A stretch of DNA of 64,000 nt from Octopus vulgaris (lineage: Eukaryota): positions 35,278,001 to 35,342,000 of the forward strand of contig OX597819.1 in the NCBI GenBank assembly GCA_951406725.2, given 5' to 3'. The notes beneath the pieces were generated by a model. That model was not told the origin of the DNA. It saw nothing but the letters and a program-made list of their open reading frames with translations, and made no database searches. This document shows positions 11,553 to 24,172 of the stretch, one piece after another. Made by a program: the position numbers and the translations under genes. Position 1 is the first letter of the stretch. Every line of letters begins with the position of its first letter.

Positions 11553-13184
11553 TGAATACTTTAATAGTATTTTGTTTTAAAATATATAAATATGATATGG
11601 AAGATATTGAGTCATCGAAAGAACTTTGACAAACAAGAACAAAGCAAATTAAATAATCGATTAGTTAGTTGGATATTTAACCAACTGACAAATAATAAAA
11701 GAGTGAAATTGAACCAATGTGTGTGCTAATTATATTGGCTCCCTAGACCCAACAAAATCTTGATACAAATAACAGAAAAACAGCTTTACAAACAATATTT
11801 TCCCATGAAAATTCTGAATGTTTGAAAACAAATAAGAACAGATGGGAGAGTCAGCTAATTTCAAACAAAACAATTTTCTACGATGTCTTTTAATCACATG
11901 ATTAATATAAATTACATTCATCAGCTTAATAGTTACTTTTCCAGATAAATAATTATTGATCTCTGGTTATCTATGCTTGAAATTACAAGTAATATTGCAG
12001 AAGCCATATACTAATGTAATAAGATATAGACAAGACATGAAACAGATATAAAAACTGTATCCAATTTCTAACAATTGCGCAAAAAATCTACTTTGCATCC
12101 TTTTTTATAGATGATATTTAAATTATTTTACATAATAGAGATGCAGACGTGGCTGTGTGGATACACAGTTTGCTTCTTGACCATATGGTTTTTGAGTTCT
12201 ATCCAACTGCATGAAACCTCGGGCAATTGTCTTCTACTATAAACCCCAAAGTGACCAATACCTTGAACTGCAAGGAAGCCTGTTGTGTGTGTGTGTGTGT
12301 ACATGTATGTTCGTATGTGTGTGCATAAATATTTATATTTCACAGCTTTACTTGTCACTGCTTGAGTGAAACTGATGTAATTCTTACATTTTCCATTGAC
12401 AATACGTCCCACTGCTCTGCACTTTGCAAGATTAGTGGAATGAAAAAAATCAGGTAAAGGTTAGTGACAGAAAGGGCATCTGGCTGTAAAATGCTGCTTC
12501 ATACTGACATGGAGAAGTGGTGGACATAAAACAGGGAAACAATACAGCGTAGTTTAGTATAAATTATCTCGATATTATTGAAAATATATGTGATCACAGA
12601 ATTTTTAAAATTGCAATCTTTAATATTCACTACAGTGTCACCATGTAATTTTTCTTGTTAATTTAATAACTAGAATATGCAAATTTTCATACCTAGACAC
12701 ATACAATATTGTATAGGTATCTAGTGAGTGTACCACTTCAGTATACAAGGTGAAGTCTATGTTTCACTGATGAGGTTTGATAAAACCAAAACATATCCAG
12801 AGCTCTCTTTTATGTTTGTTGGAATGATCAAAATAATATTAGTCATAGACTAATATTATCTTTCCTTCACCACATAATTATTTCTGATTAGAATTTAGAT
12901 GCTTACTACATTAAATATGTTAATACTACTTTGATTATTGTTTTTCATGCAAATGACCTCTCTAAGTATTTTCATTCAGTAATATGTTCTATAAAATATT
13001 CTTCAGAGTTAAGTGATCATTTATATAATTTATGCAGGAACTTTTGAAAGGCTATTTTTATAGAATATAATTTCATGTTGCATGTTTCTGAGTTCAATTC
13101 TTGTCAATGCATTTTCATTCCTTCCTCAAAGGTAACTAATTATTTTACAGCTTTGAACTTAAAAAATCTCACGTATAAAAACAA

Positions 13185-14627
13185 AATGCTTGGTGGTATT
13201 TGTCTGTCTTTACATTCTGAGTTCAAATGGTGCTAGGATTGACTTTGCCTTTCATCCTTTAGGGGTCAGTAAAATAAGTACCAGTTGAGCACCGGGGTCA
13301 ATGTAATCAACTTAGCCCATCCCTCAAAAAAAAAATCAAGCCTTGTGCCTATAGTAGAAAGGATTATTATTAATGTCAGTGGGTCATTTAACTTAATAGT
13401 AAAGTAATCAGCTGGTACTCAAACTTGTATGAGTTTGACTGCCTTAGTCATCTGCTGGCAACTTTTTAAAGGCGGCGAGCTGGCAGAACCATTAGTGTGT
13501 CAGACAGAATGCTTAGCAGCATTTTGTCCATCTTCACATTCTGAGTTCAAACCCCAAAGTCGAGTTTGCTTTTCATCCTTTCAGGGTCTATAAAATAAGT
13601 AGAAGTTGAGCACTGGGGTCTTTGTAATGGACTTACCCCCTATCCTTGAAACTATGGGCTTTGTACCAAAATTTGAAATCAATATTTTAAGGCGGTGAGC
13701 TGGCAAAATCATTAGCATGCCAGGTAAAATGCTAAGTGACATTTCTTCTGTCCTTAAGTTCTGAGTTCAAATTCTGCCATGGTTGACTTTCATCCTTTTG
13801 AGGTTGATAAATTAAGTACCAATGAGACACTGGGGTCAATGTAATCAATTAGTCCCTTCCCACCAAATTTCAGGCCTTATGCCTTTAGTAGAAAGGAGTA
13901 TTATTATTATTATTTGTTGTTGTTGTTTCTAATATAAACACAAGAAGCTGATATTTTGTAGGGAGCATCTTAGCCCAGTATTTGACAGGCATTTTATTTT
14001 TGTTGCTCCTAGAAGGATGACAGGCAAAATTAATCCTGTCAAGACAACCATTGCATTTTGGAAGCTGAGAAATTTAAATGCCAGTCATGGACTGGGACCA
14101 ATGTAGTTGGCTTACTCCTGGTGCCACTCTTTCTATCTATATCGGAATCAATTATAAAGGGTGGTGGATTGAAAAACTTGTCACAGTGTCAAAAAAAAAA
14201 AAAGGTCTTGTGGTATTCATTCTGGTGTTTAATCTGATTTCCAAACCCATTAACTTCACCTTTCCTCTTTTCAGGGTCAATGAAGAAAATACCTTAAATA
14301 TACAGGGGTAGGTTTGATATAACTGACTTGTCTCCTATTCCAAATTTTAGGCTTTGTGCCTATTTGTCTTTAGAAACAATAATAATAATTATTATTAGTA
14401 TCATTCTATTTATTATTATTCTTAAAGAAGTAAGCTGGCAGAATTGTTACTGCACTGGGCAAAATGCTTAACAGTATTTCATCTGTCTTTAAGTTCTGAG
14501 TTCAACTTTACCTTTCATCCTTTTGGGGTCATTAACATAAGGACCAGTTGATTACTAGGGTTGAGGTAATCAACTTACTCCTCCCCCAAAATTACTGGCC
14601 TTGTTCCAAAATTTGAAACTATTATTA

Positions 14628-14664
<37 letters not shown>

Positions 14665-15725
14665 GAGCTGGCAGAATTGTTAGCATACTGGATGAAATGC
14701 TTAGCAGTATTTCACCTGTGTCATTGTGTTCTGAGTTCAAATTCTGTTGACTTTGCATTTCATCCGTTAAGGGTCGATGTAATCAACTAGTCCCCTCCCT
14801 GCAAATTTCAGGCCTTGTGCCTTTATTCTTTTATTTGATTCAGTCATTTGACTGTGGCCATGCTAGAGCACTGCCTTTAGTTGAACAAATCAACCCTCGG
14901 ACTTATTCTTTGTAAGTCTGGTACTTATTCTGTTGGTCTCTTTTGCCGAATCGCTAGGTTAGTAGAAAGATTATTATTATTATTATTATTATTATTAAGG
15001 CAGTGAGCTGGCAGAATTTTTAGCATGTCGGATGAAATGTTTAGCAGTATTTCATCCGTCTTTATACTCTGAATTCAAATTCTACTGAAGTCAACTTTGC
15101 CACTCATTCTTTTGGGGTCAATGAAGTAAGTACCAGTTTAGCACTGAGGTCAATGTAAACAACTAGTCCCCTCCCCAAAATTTCACGCTTTATGCCTATA
15201 GTGGAAAGGATTATTATTTGAGAATGGCCCAAGCATGCAGCTCTAGATCAATGTTAGATTAAGAAATGAGGGCACTTGCCCTAGAGGTTAGAGTGATCGC
15301 AGTTTTTGTGGGGTTTTCCACAAGTAGCCCTAGGAAGTCTCCCTCTTCTAGAAATTTTAATGGTTATGACTTTTATCGTTCTTTATTTATACATTCCAAT
15401 CCCTCTCATTTTGTATTGTCCTGTACTGTCCCCAATCTTCTATATGAACCCTCAGTGGTAATAAAGATTATTATTATTGTTATTATTATTATTATTATTA
15501 TTAAGGCAATGAGTTGGCAGAATTGTTAGCATATCACAAAAAATGTATTTCTTCTGGTTCTTTACATTCTAAGTTCAAATCCCATGAAGGTCAACTTTTG
15601 GCTTTCATCCCTTTGGGGTTTGGGGTTCATAAAATAAAGTACCCACTAAGTATTGTGTCAATGTAACTGGCTAGCCCCCTACTCCCAAAATTGCAGCCTT
15701 GTGCCAAACTTAGAAAGAATTCTTC
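13185..15725 (+). mobile_element. Cluster of about 8 head-to-tail tRNA-derived SINEs (family A)
   Basis: Repeated ggtgagctggcagaat (A box)..ttctgagttcaaat (B box)..ctttcatcctt..taagtaccag..ggccttgtgcc units, several separated by (ATT)n. Confidence 0.88.
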
Positions 15726-18700
15726 TTCTTCTTATTGTTATTTTAGCTTTTTGTTAGTTTTTATTAAAGAAAAGAAATTGATGTAAGCTGAATTTTAAGA
15801 CAAGATAAAAAAAAATACTTGCTAACAGAAGAACGTTGGCTACAAGAGGGTATTTAAGATTAAAAAATAATATTGAAAACAAAAACGAGCAAGGTTTGGT
15901 ATAAATAATAGATAGCAACACTGAAGAAACAGAAGCTAGGGTAGACACAAACCTGGAAACAAAACAAAATGTAGAATTGCTAATATTGGACTATTATTGG
16001 AATTCCTTCAGTTTTTCTTTCAACAAAAGGTTTTTACAAAATATAGAAAAATAAACATGCAACAAAAAAAAAAGGACAGGCTACACGTGCATGTGTGTGC
16101 GAATATATGTATACATACACACACACATACATGTATATACATACATTTATATATACATAGATGCACATATACACACATGTATATATGTATATATATATAC
16201 ATATACACACACACACATATATACACATACAACACACTCACACACACATATGTGTGTGTGTATGTGAATGTAAGGAAGCAGCAGTGGGGTATAACAGAGG
16301 ATCCTGTGCACATACATTATTATTAGGGGGGAAAGTGTTACAGTAAGTGTTCATACTTAGACTGGCAGGTTTCCAGCAAGAAGACCGATTGGAACATATA
16401 AAGGAGGTCAAGATGACCATATGATTCATTCCAGATGGTCTGAGTGCAGTTCTTAGGATAAATGATTTAGTTATTTGGAAAACCACTACGACAGGTGCTT
16501 TATGGAAGTTAAATTGAATAATTAAAATTAACAAAAAATATGGCAAATTTTTTTCAATTTGTTAGAAAAGAGAAATATCACTGTCCATGGGTTTTCAATA
16601 TATATATTATATATATATATTTAGAGGAATAAAAATATATACTTAATAACAACCACTTCAATGGTAGAGAGTGGTCAGATAAAGTTTAAAAAGACACCAA
16701 CATAAAAACAATGACAAAAAAAAAATACAGTTAGAAAACAACTTTCTAGACTTTTCCCAATGTGACAAAGAAGAAAATCTTATCACAACAAAAATTAATG
16801 CTATAATTTAGGAGCAGGGTGAAAAAAAATTATGAATCTGAAATATGGAATAAGAGAAACAACAAAATGACCAAAACTTAAAGAAAATGGTTTAGAAAAG
16901 AATTTATAAGAGCAGACAATTAGACACTTGCATTTTTATTGAGGGCTCCCTCAAATGAGAAGAATAGGAGATCATCAATAATTTCTGATAACAATGCAAT
17001 ATGTGTGTGTATGTGTGTCTGCAGGCATGGTAGTGTGGTTACAATGTTCACTTTACAAGTATGTGCTTTCAATTAAGTCCACTCCATGTCACCTTGGGCG
17101 TTTTCTGATATAACTTCAGACTGTGCAATGGCTTTAGAGTAGAATTGCTAGATAAGAAGCCAGTCATGTGTGTGTGTGTGAGTATGTGAGTGTCATTTAC
17201 ATGTGTTATCACTAGTACCACCTGAGCAACAAAATAGTGTTTCTTTACACTTTTTAGTAATCAAAAGCCCCTTAGTTTCAGTGACATTGTTGCTTTTAAC
17301 ATGTGTGGACCAATGTAATGAAAATAGCTTATAGATAAGGGTTATCAACAGGAAACTGATAGAATTAGTACTGGGCTTACAACGAATAAGTCCCAGGGTC
17401 GATTTGCTTGACTAAAGGCGGTGCCCCGGCATGGCCGCAGTCAAATGACTGAAACAAGTAAAAGTAAAAGTAAAAAAAAAAGTAATTAATAGTTTCTGGT
17501 ATTTAAGAATTCTGAGATAATGAATATTTTTAACCATTTTGTATACTATCAGAATATTACAGGCCTTTTCAATTATGATTAACTATTGAAATTCCTAGAC
17601 AATAATTAAGATACAAATTTAAAGACCAAATATGTAAAAAAAAACAATGCCATGTAAACAGGCTAATCTGATGCTGGTAAACTATTTTAAAAAGAACTCA
17701 TAATTTTCCTAGTGGGCCAACAATATCAAACACTATTTCAATATCATTATTGTAAAATTAATAATTATTACAAAAATGGTTAAACTTCATAACCTTTTTT
17801 AATAAATATCCATGAGGAAAACACATGGAAACAAAATAGAATGTATTGAAAGTTTCAAATCTGAATCAGTAACATGATTAATTTGATTTGTAATACCAGC
17901 ATAAGACTACTAATTCAGAAGATAGGTATAGTCAATTAAATTAACCTCAGTGTTTTATTGATACTTTATTTTATTGAACTTGGAAGGATGAAAGTAAAGT
18001 TGACCTCAGTGGGATTTGAAATCAGAATACGAAGAACTACAAGTAAATACTGAAAAACACTAATCATTCTACTACTCTAATAGCCTGGTAACCAAACTAC
18101 TTTGCATATTAACTAATTTATATGTGAACTAATTTATGTTAACTTTTGTTATTCAAATTAGTTTTGTTTCTAGTTTTACTTTCCAAGGCAATTGAAGAAG
18201 AAAACATAACTCAATGATAAATATAGATTTTTGGAAATTTCATGCAAAAGTCACTCTATAAAGGAGGTGGTATTTATTATTAGGTGCATGTAACCTTTAG
18301 CACATTGTAGGTGCATCATGTCATCATATGAGTTTTCTCCCCTGTAGTAACAGGGCAGTGGCAGAGAAAACAATTCTAGAGAAAATGCAGTGTGCTAAGG
18401 GTTAATAGTGAAATTGCTCAACATTAAGCTCATAGCAACAGCAAACTAGCTAAAACTATCCACAGAGAAACAAACAAAACATAGACACCAAATATTAGAC
18501 ACACATACATATGTAATATGAGAGTTTGAGTTATTTTAATTGGGAAATGAAACTTGCTATCAAATTCCTTTTACTGAGAATTTACCTCTCTGCTTGCACC
18601 CATCTTAAATTTGATATGATCATAGTTCACTAAAACTAAATTGAAATCTTTTGTGTGTAATGAATAAGAAACATTTTTGTATTTTATTATTGGTTAACCC

Positions 18701-21351
18701 TCCAAAACAGTCCTTATCCACTTACCCAGTCTTGCTGCTACATACATACCAATGTAAAAACACCTCCAGTCATTTCAAACCAACAAGGTCACTAGCCCTT
18801 CCATAGCCCTTGAAATTGGTGGAACTCTGACCACTTAGCTGATTTAAAGTATCATAGGGTTTATGGTGGTGGGTAGGAGTGATTAGGTAATGATAAATTG
18901 GTTTAGTATGTACAGAAATGGTAACAGAGTGAAAAATAAAAAGATACAATGGGTTAAAAATAATAAGCTATTACCTATCAAAAAATAGTTATTTAATATC
19001 ATAATTAAAATAGAGTCCATGTTCCGTGCTGGCATGGATCCAACCCACACCAGCATAGAACATAGAAATTAAATGATGATGGTAATGATAATGATGATTC
19101 TTATAATATTCAATATGAAAAGAAAACAAATCCTATGCTAATATCTTCATGTCTAAACTTTAGTTACTTGTTGGCAAATTACATTTATTTGCGTTACATT
19201 TTCTTTTCATTTTATTTTAAAACATTCTTACCAAATTGGTTCAATAGTTGTACTGTGTCCTGAATTAAGATATTTTACTTATAAATTTCATTAAAAATGA
19301 AGATGCTTTATTTCGATATGTATCATTTTGTTTCTATGTATGTCTTTTCTTATCCAGCAAAGCTATTTGTAAATATGTATCTAAAATTTCAACAAAAATA
19401 ACTAAGTTAGAATTAGCCAGGTTTCAAATGCCGAAGAATATTCTGATGTAAAGGTGTTTTAGGGCAAACAGGACTGCTGGTAAATAAAATAAGAGGAAAA
19501 CTAAAATAAACCAACTAAAATAAGAGTTGTAGCACACTGGTAATTAACATGCACAGTTACTGGCAATGCAAAATTAATTATCAACAAAATTTTGAATGTA
19601 TTCCATCAGGTAAAAGTAAAACAAAACTGACTTCTGAATTATTCTAAGTTTCACAAAAGCTATTAATTTTAAACAAACACAAATGGATATAGTAAATAAA
19701 AACAAAATACAGAAACATGCAATGACGTATCATTGTATTTCAGTGGTTAATGAAGCTGAAGAAAACATTTACTAAGTAGAAATAGTTCATAATGAAAGTG
19801 AGTGTATTGCAGAATTAAAGGTTTTAGCAGAAAAATGTTTAGTGACAGAAGAGAGAGAAAATGTAATTTTTAAAGTTTGCTCCTTTTGAAATTTAAAAAC
19901 TATAAAATTCAGCAGATGATAGTATGGAAGAAGTACATAGAATTTATTAATATTTCATAATTATAATATCATTCAGCAGTTAAAATATAGAATTTATAGA
20001 TATTTTCCCATCACAAGATAATCAATAACTTATATGATCAGATTAATTTAATTATCCTATGTTATTTATAAAATAAGATGACAACCTAATAAAAATAAAG
20101 ACAAGAAATTTCATGAAAAACTGTTACTAAATTGAGAAAGATTTTCCTCTTTTGATTACTCATATGAAGAAAAGTAACAGCTGAAAAATTCTAGTCGACA
20201 TTCAGAAGCCAAGAAAAATGGTGTCATTAAAAGTGTCAATTATTTAAAACCCTAAATAACCATCAGGTTAGATTAAAAAACAAACAAACAAAATAAAACA
20301 AGTAATATGTAAACAAATGAAGTAACCAAAACTTAAAGAGAAAACATTGATATTTTATCAGTGGAAAGTGAGAAAATAAGACATTGATTTGTGAAGTCCT
20401 AATTTTGAAAAGGGAAGTCTCACAAATATTTGGCAGTATTTCGAGACTGTAAGGGAATTATATTTCCACAACTGTTATTTAATACTTTATAATAACTATA
20501 CAACAAATGCTATAATAAGACATGGCAGTGTAATAAGTTTGCTTCCCAGCCACTTGGCTTTGGGTTCAGTCCTACTGTAAGGTACCTTCAAAAAGTGTCA
20601 GTGTCTTCTACTATAGCCCCAGGCTGACCAAAGCCTTGTGAGTGGATCTGGTAGACACAAACTAAAAGAAACCTGTCATGTGTGTGTGCGTGTGTGTGTG
20701 TGCACATGCATGCAGATGCATATATATGTATATATGTGTGTTACAATCTCCTTGCCATGACTTAATGCGTTGGCTGTAAACAAAGGTCACTGTCATGCAA
20801 GCAGTGTCCTGCATTTGCAATCTTCCATGAAAACATGTCCGGTTATGGGAAATATTACCTTGCCTGGAAATAGGTAAGGATTGGCAACAGAAAGGGCAAC
20901 TGGCCAAAGAAAATCTGCCTCAATACCTTCCATCTGACCTATGTGAGTATGGAAAAGTGTACATTATGATGAAGATGATGTGTAAATAGATGTGTAATTA
21001 GAAGATATAAAATTATTCAATGTTTTTTTGTAACTACTGGCTTAATTGATAGAACCTCATTAACTTTTGCATCACTAATGCTACATTGTGTCTATGGTCA
21101 ACACCACTCACACAGGTCAGCTTATTTAATTATAAAAAAGTGCATGGTGGACATAGTTAGTCTTACACAGGCATCAGGGACACAGACGGTAAATCTTAAG
21201 TGCAGAGCACAAATTCTTCAATGAGCCTGGAATAGGAAATGAGAAAGTGTATCCTTCTTTCAATGACTGCATGAAGATGAGGTCTCTAGTGAGGTTCCAT
21301 TGAACAGCACCTGGGACAAGTATTAAATATTCTTCTCTTTCAGTGATGTAC

Positions 21352-21760
21352 TCTCTCTTTTTACTTGTTTCAGTCATTTGACTGTGGCCATGCTGGAGCA
21401 CTGCCTTTTAGTCGAGCAAATCGACCACAGGACTTATTCTTTGTAAGCTTAGTACTTATTCTATCAGTCTCATTTGCTGAACCGCTAAGTTACGGGGACG
21501 TAAACCCACCAGCATAGGTTGTCAAGTGATGTTGGGAGGGGGGGGGGGGGGGCACAAACACACAAACACACATATATATATATATATACACATATATATG
21601 ACAGGCTTCTTTCAGTTTCCGTCTACCAAGTCCACTCACAAGACTTTGGTCGGCTTGACACTATAGTAGACACTTGCCCAAGGTGCTACACAGTGGAACT
21701 GAACCCGGAACCATGTGGTTGGTAAGCAAGCTACTTATCACACAGCCACTCCTACACCTA
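21352..21760 (-). mobile_element. Full-length tRNA-derived SINE (family B, CORE-like, internal microsatellite)
   Basis: Minus strand: ggagtggctgtgt..ggttccgggttcag..ccttgggcaagtgtc..(TA)n..gctccagcatggccacagtcaaatgactgaaacaagtaaaa; its first 33 bp are triplicated at about 21729-21819. Confidence 0.88.
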
Positions 21761-23089
21761 TAGCTACTTACCACACAGCCACTCCTACGCCTATAGCTAC
21801 TTACCACACAGCCACTCCTTACAGTCTATTTTTTTGTTTGGTCCTGCTCTACATTAATTTTTATATCCTCCATGGCCCACGCAATGTAAACTAAATAAAC
21901 CCCAAAACCAATAATGAAATATGAATTTAATTAAAAAAAAATAATAATTCACACCTTTAGCCATAAACGATGAATACAAATATCAAATTAAGTAAAATTA
22001 AATAACACAATTATGATCAAACTCTTGAAACAATATTTTTCTAACAAATTATAGAGCATGATTATGAAAAACTCATGTTACAATGTTGTCCTAAATATGC
22101 AAATATCACTGTGACCCACTAAAAAATTTTGTGTGGATCACATCTGGTTTATAGCTCATCTAGTATATCACTGTTTTAATGTAACCCTGGAAGGCTATTA
22201 AAAGGATTGTTCCTGCTCTTAGGTCATAGAATTAATCTATAGGCTGGCTTACCTCCCCACCACCACCACCCTGACCTTGAGTGTCTTTAGTGGTGTCCAT
22301 TCTGATGCAAACATTTGGGCCAGGTCTCCAGTCTGAAGAAAACTTCTTCTTCAATCTTGGAAGCCCTGAACAAAGCCCTGAACAAAGCCCTGAACAAAGT
22401 CATGTGCTGTCCCTCCCACACTGACTAAATCCTCAAAAAAAAAAAAATTTTTTTAACTGTTTCTTGAGAAATATATTTATAGAAATGTCAACTTGAAAGA
22501 GGTTAATGAGAAAAAGTAAAAAAATTATAGTAAGGGATTGATTACAGATTATTAAAATAATATATTTTTAAGGATGAAATAAATAATAAATATTTTTCAT
22601 GCCAGAATAATTTTTCAAATATTAGAGACATAAGACAGTAAATTTTTCTTAATAATTCATATATAAATCCATTCTTGAAAGAGCCTATAATGTAACCAAA
22701 AAAAAATACAAAACAAAAAAAAGTGAAATTTAGGAAATGATTATGAAGAACATATCACAAAAGAGCCAAACAACAACAAAAGTTCCTTTTAGCAGCTAAG
22801 ATTTACAGTAAGACAAACTTTGTAAAAATTCTTCAAACATATTTTATAAAGGAAATCAAAATAAAACATGGAGTCTAAAACACCCAGTTTAATGGAAGAC
22901 AGTGACAATCCTCTTTTCCAGCATTGTTTGGTACTATTCAAAATAAAAGGAATCAAATATAATGTATACATAAAAAAGAATTAATAGGAATCAATTAAAT
23001 ATATGTAAATGTTCTTTCTGCCAATCTAAGTATGATGTTTTTGAAGTAAAGAAGAAGAAAGAGAAGAAAGAGGTTAGAGCAGTTAGTAC

Positions 23090-24172
23090 CTGGTGCATAC
23101 TGATAACCTTGAGCTGTGTTGGCAGCCAAATTACTGTAGTCTGAATTTTGGTCTGTGTACATGTAATCATTGGGGTAGTCACCCCAATTGTAAGCCTGTG
23201 CTGTATTCTGGACATAGTTGACACCATCTTGGTTAATACCAGAATTTTGAGGTTGAAGAACAGGATAACCATTATTATAAGTAGCAGCTACCTTTTGTTG
23301 GTAAGCATAGTTATTTCCAGAATAACCATACAAGTTCTGTTTCTGAGGGAACTGACTATTGTCTGAGATATACTGACTGTCCATATAATTCTGGTTAGCA
23401 GTTTGATAGCGCTGTCTTGATCTTTGTGGTAACTGAACTTGATTATTAGCCCCAGGAAGCAACTCCTCTTGAGAATCACCATTGAGTCTATTGTAAGACT
23501 TTGGTTGGTTTATAGCAAACTTTTGATTTTCTTCAGCAATCAGACCAGATTGTTTATGTCCTGATCCTACAAAACCTTGATTATCAACTTGGTTTATGCC
23601 TAATTGCTGGTGTTGGTTTGGGTAATTTGATATGAAATTTCTATTGCCAACATACTGAGGGTTCACATCAGGATGTTTTTGATATTGTGATAGCTGATTT
23701 TGATTCCATATTCTATTTGAAGAAGCTGAATTTGCTCTGTGTCTGTCAGTCTCTCGTGATGAAGGCTGAATTATATCTTCACCGAGAGAGAGTTTCTTTG
23801 AATTTCCATCATTTTCTTGAAGTAAATCCTTAGAGCCATCACTTTTAACCCAACCTTGATTGATGTTGGTGTTATGATTAGAAAATTGTTGTCCTTTACC
23901 TCTCTGAGCAACAGGTGGATTTGAAGTTGCAAATTCTTTTGGATTGAGTAATGCTTCTTTTGGTTTGTCCTTTTTTATCATAGTTTCAGTATTATACTTA
24001 GCTATTGGTAACTGACCTTTCTGTTTTAATAGTTTATTACTGCTTTCATCATGCCGAGATACACTAGGACCGACTGGTTTCAATTTTATCTTTCTGAACT
24101 TATCAGTAGGCATTTTCTTGGGATTAGCATCCACTTGGTAAAGAATTTCATTTTGCCTTCCATCTTTGAATG
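23090..24172 (-). CDS. LRP11: Exon 5 of the LRP11-like gene: large low-complexity K-rich then Q/N/Y-rich region
   Basis: 1083-nt open frame in AT-rich DNA; acceptor ttgttcag|CA gives phase 1 continuity; donor G|GTACTA (weaker) gives phase 1. Confidence 0.82.

Noticed and set aside
15997-16346. Overlapping ORFs rich in Y/I/H/T/C/V
   Set aside because: Translations of (TA)n/(CA)n microsatellite.
18586-19259. Two candidate micro-exons (19232-19259, 28 nt; 18586-18629, 44 nt) with plausible splice sites
   Set aside because: Joined after phase-1 exon 5 they give an in-frame stop; they only work with extra unseen exons. Such sites arise by chance in AT-rich introns; RNA-seq is needed.
23000-23089. 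Hydrophobic tail (LFLLFLLLYF) of the 396-aa ORF as the transmembrane segment
   Set aside because: Lies past the probable donor at 23089, is short and derives from a pyrimidine-rich tract; phase-compatible exons exist further downstream. An intron-retained isoform cannot be excluded.
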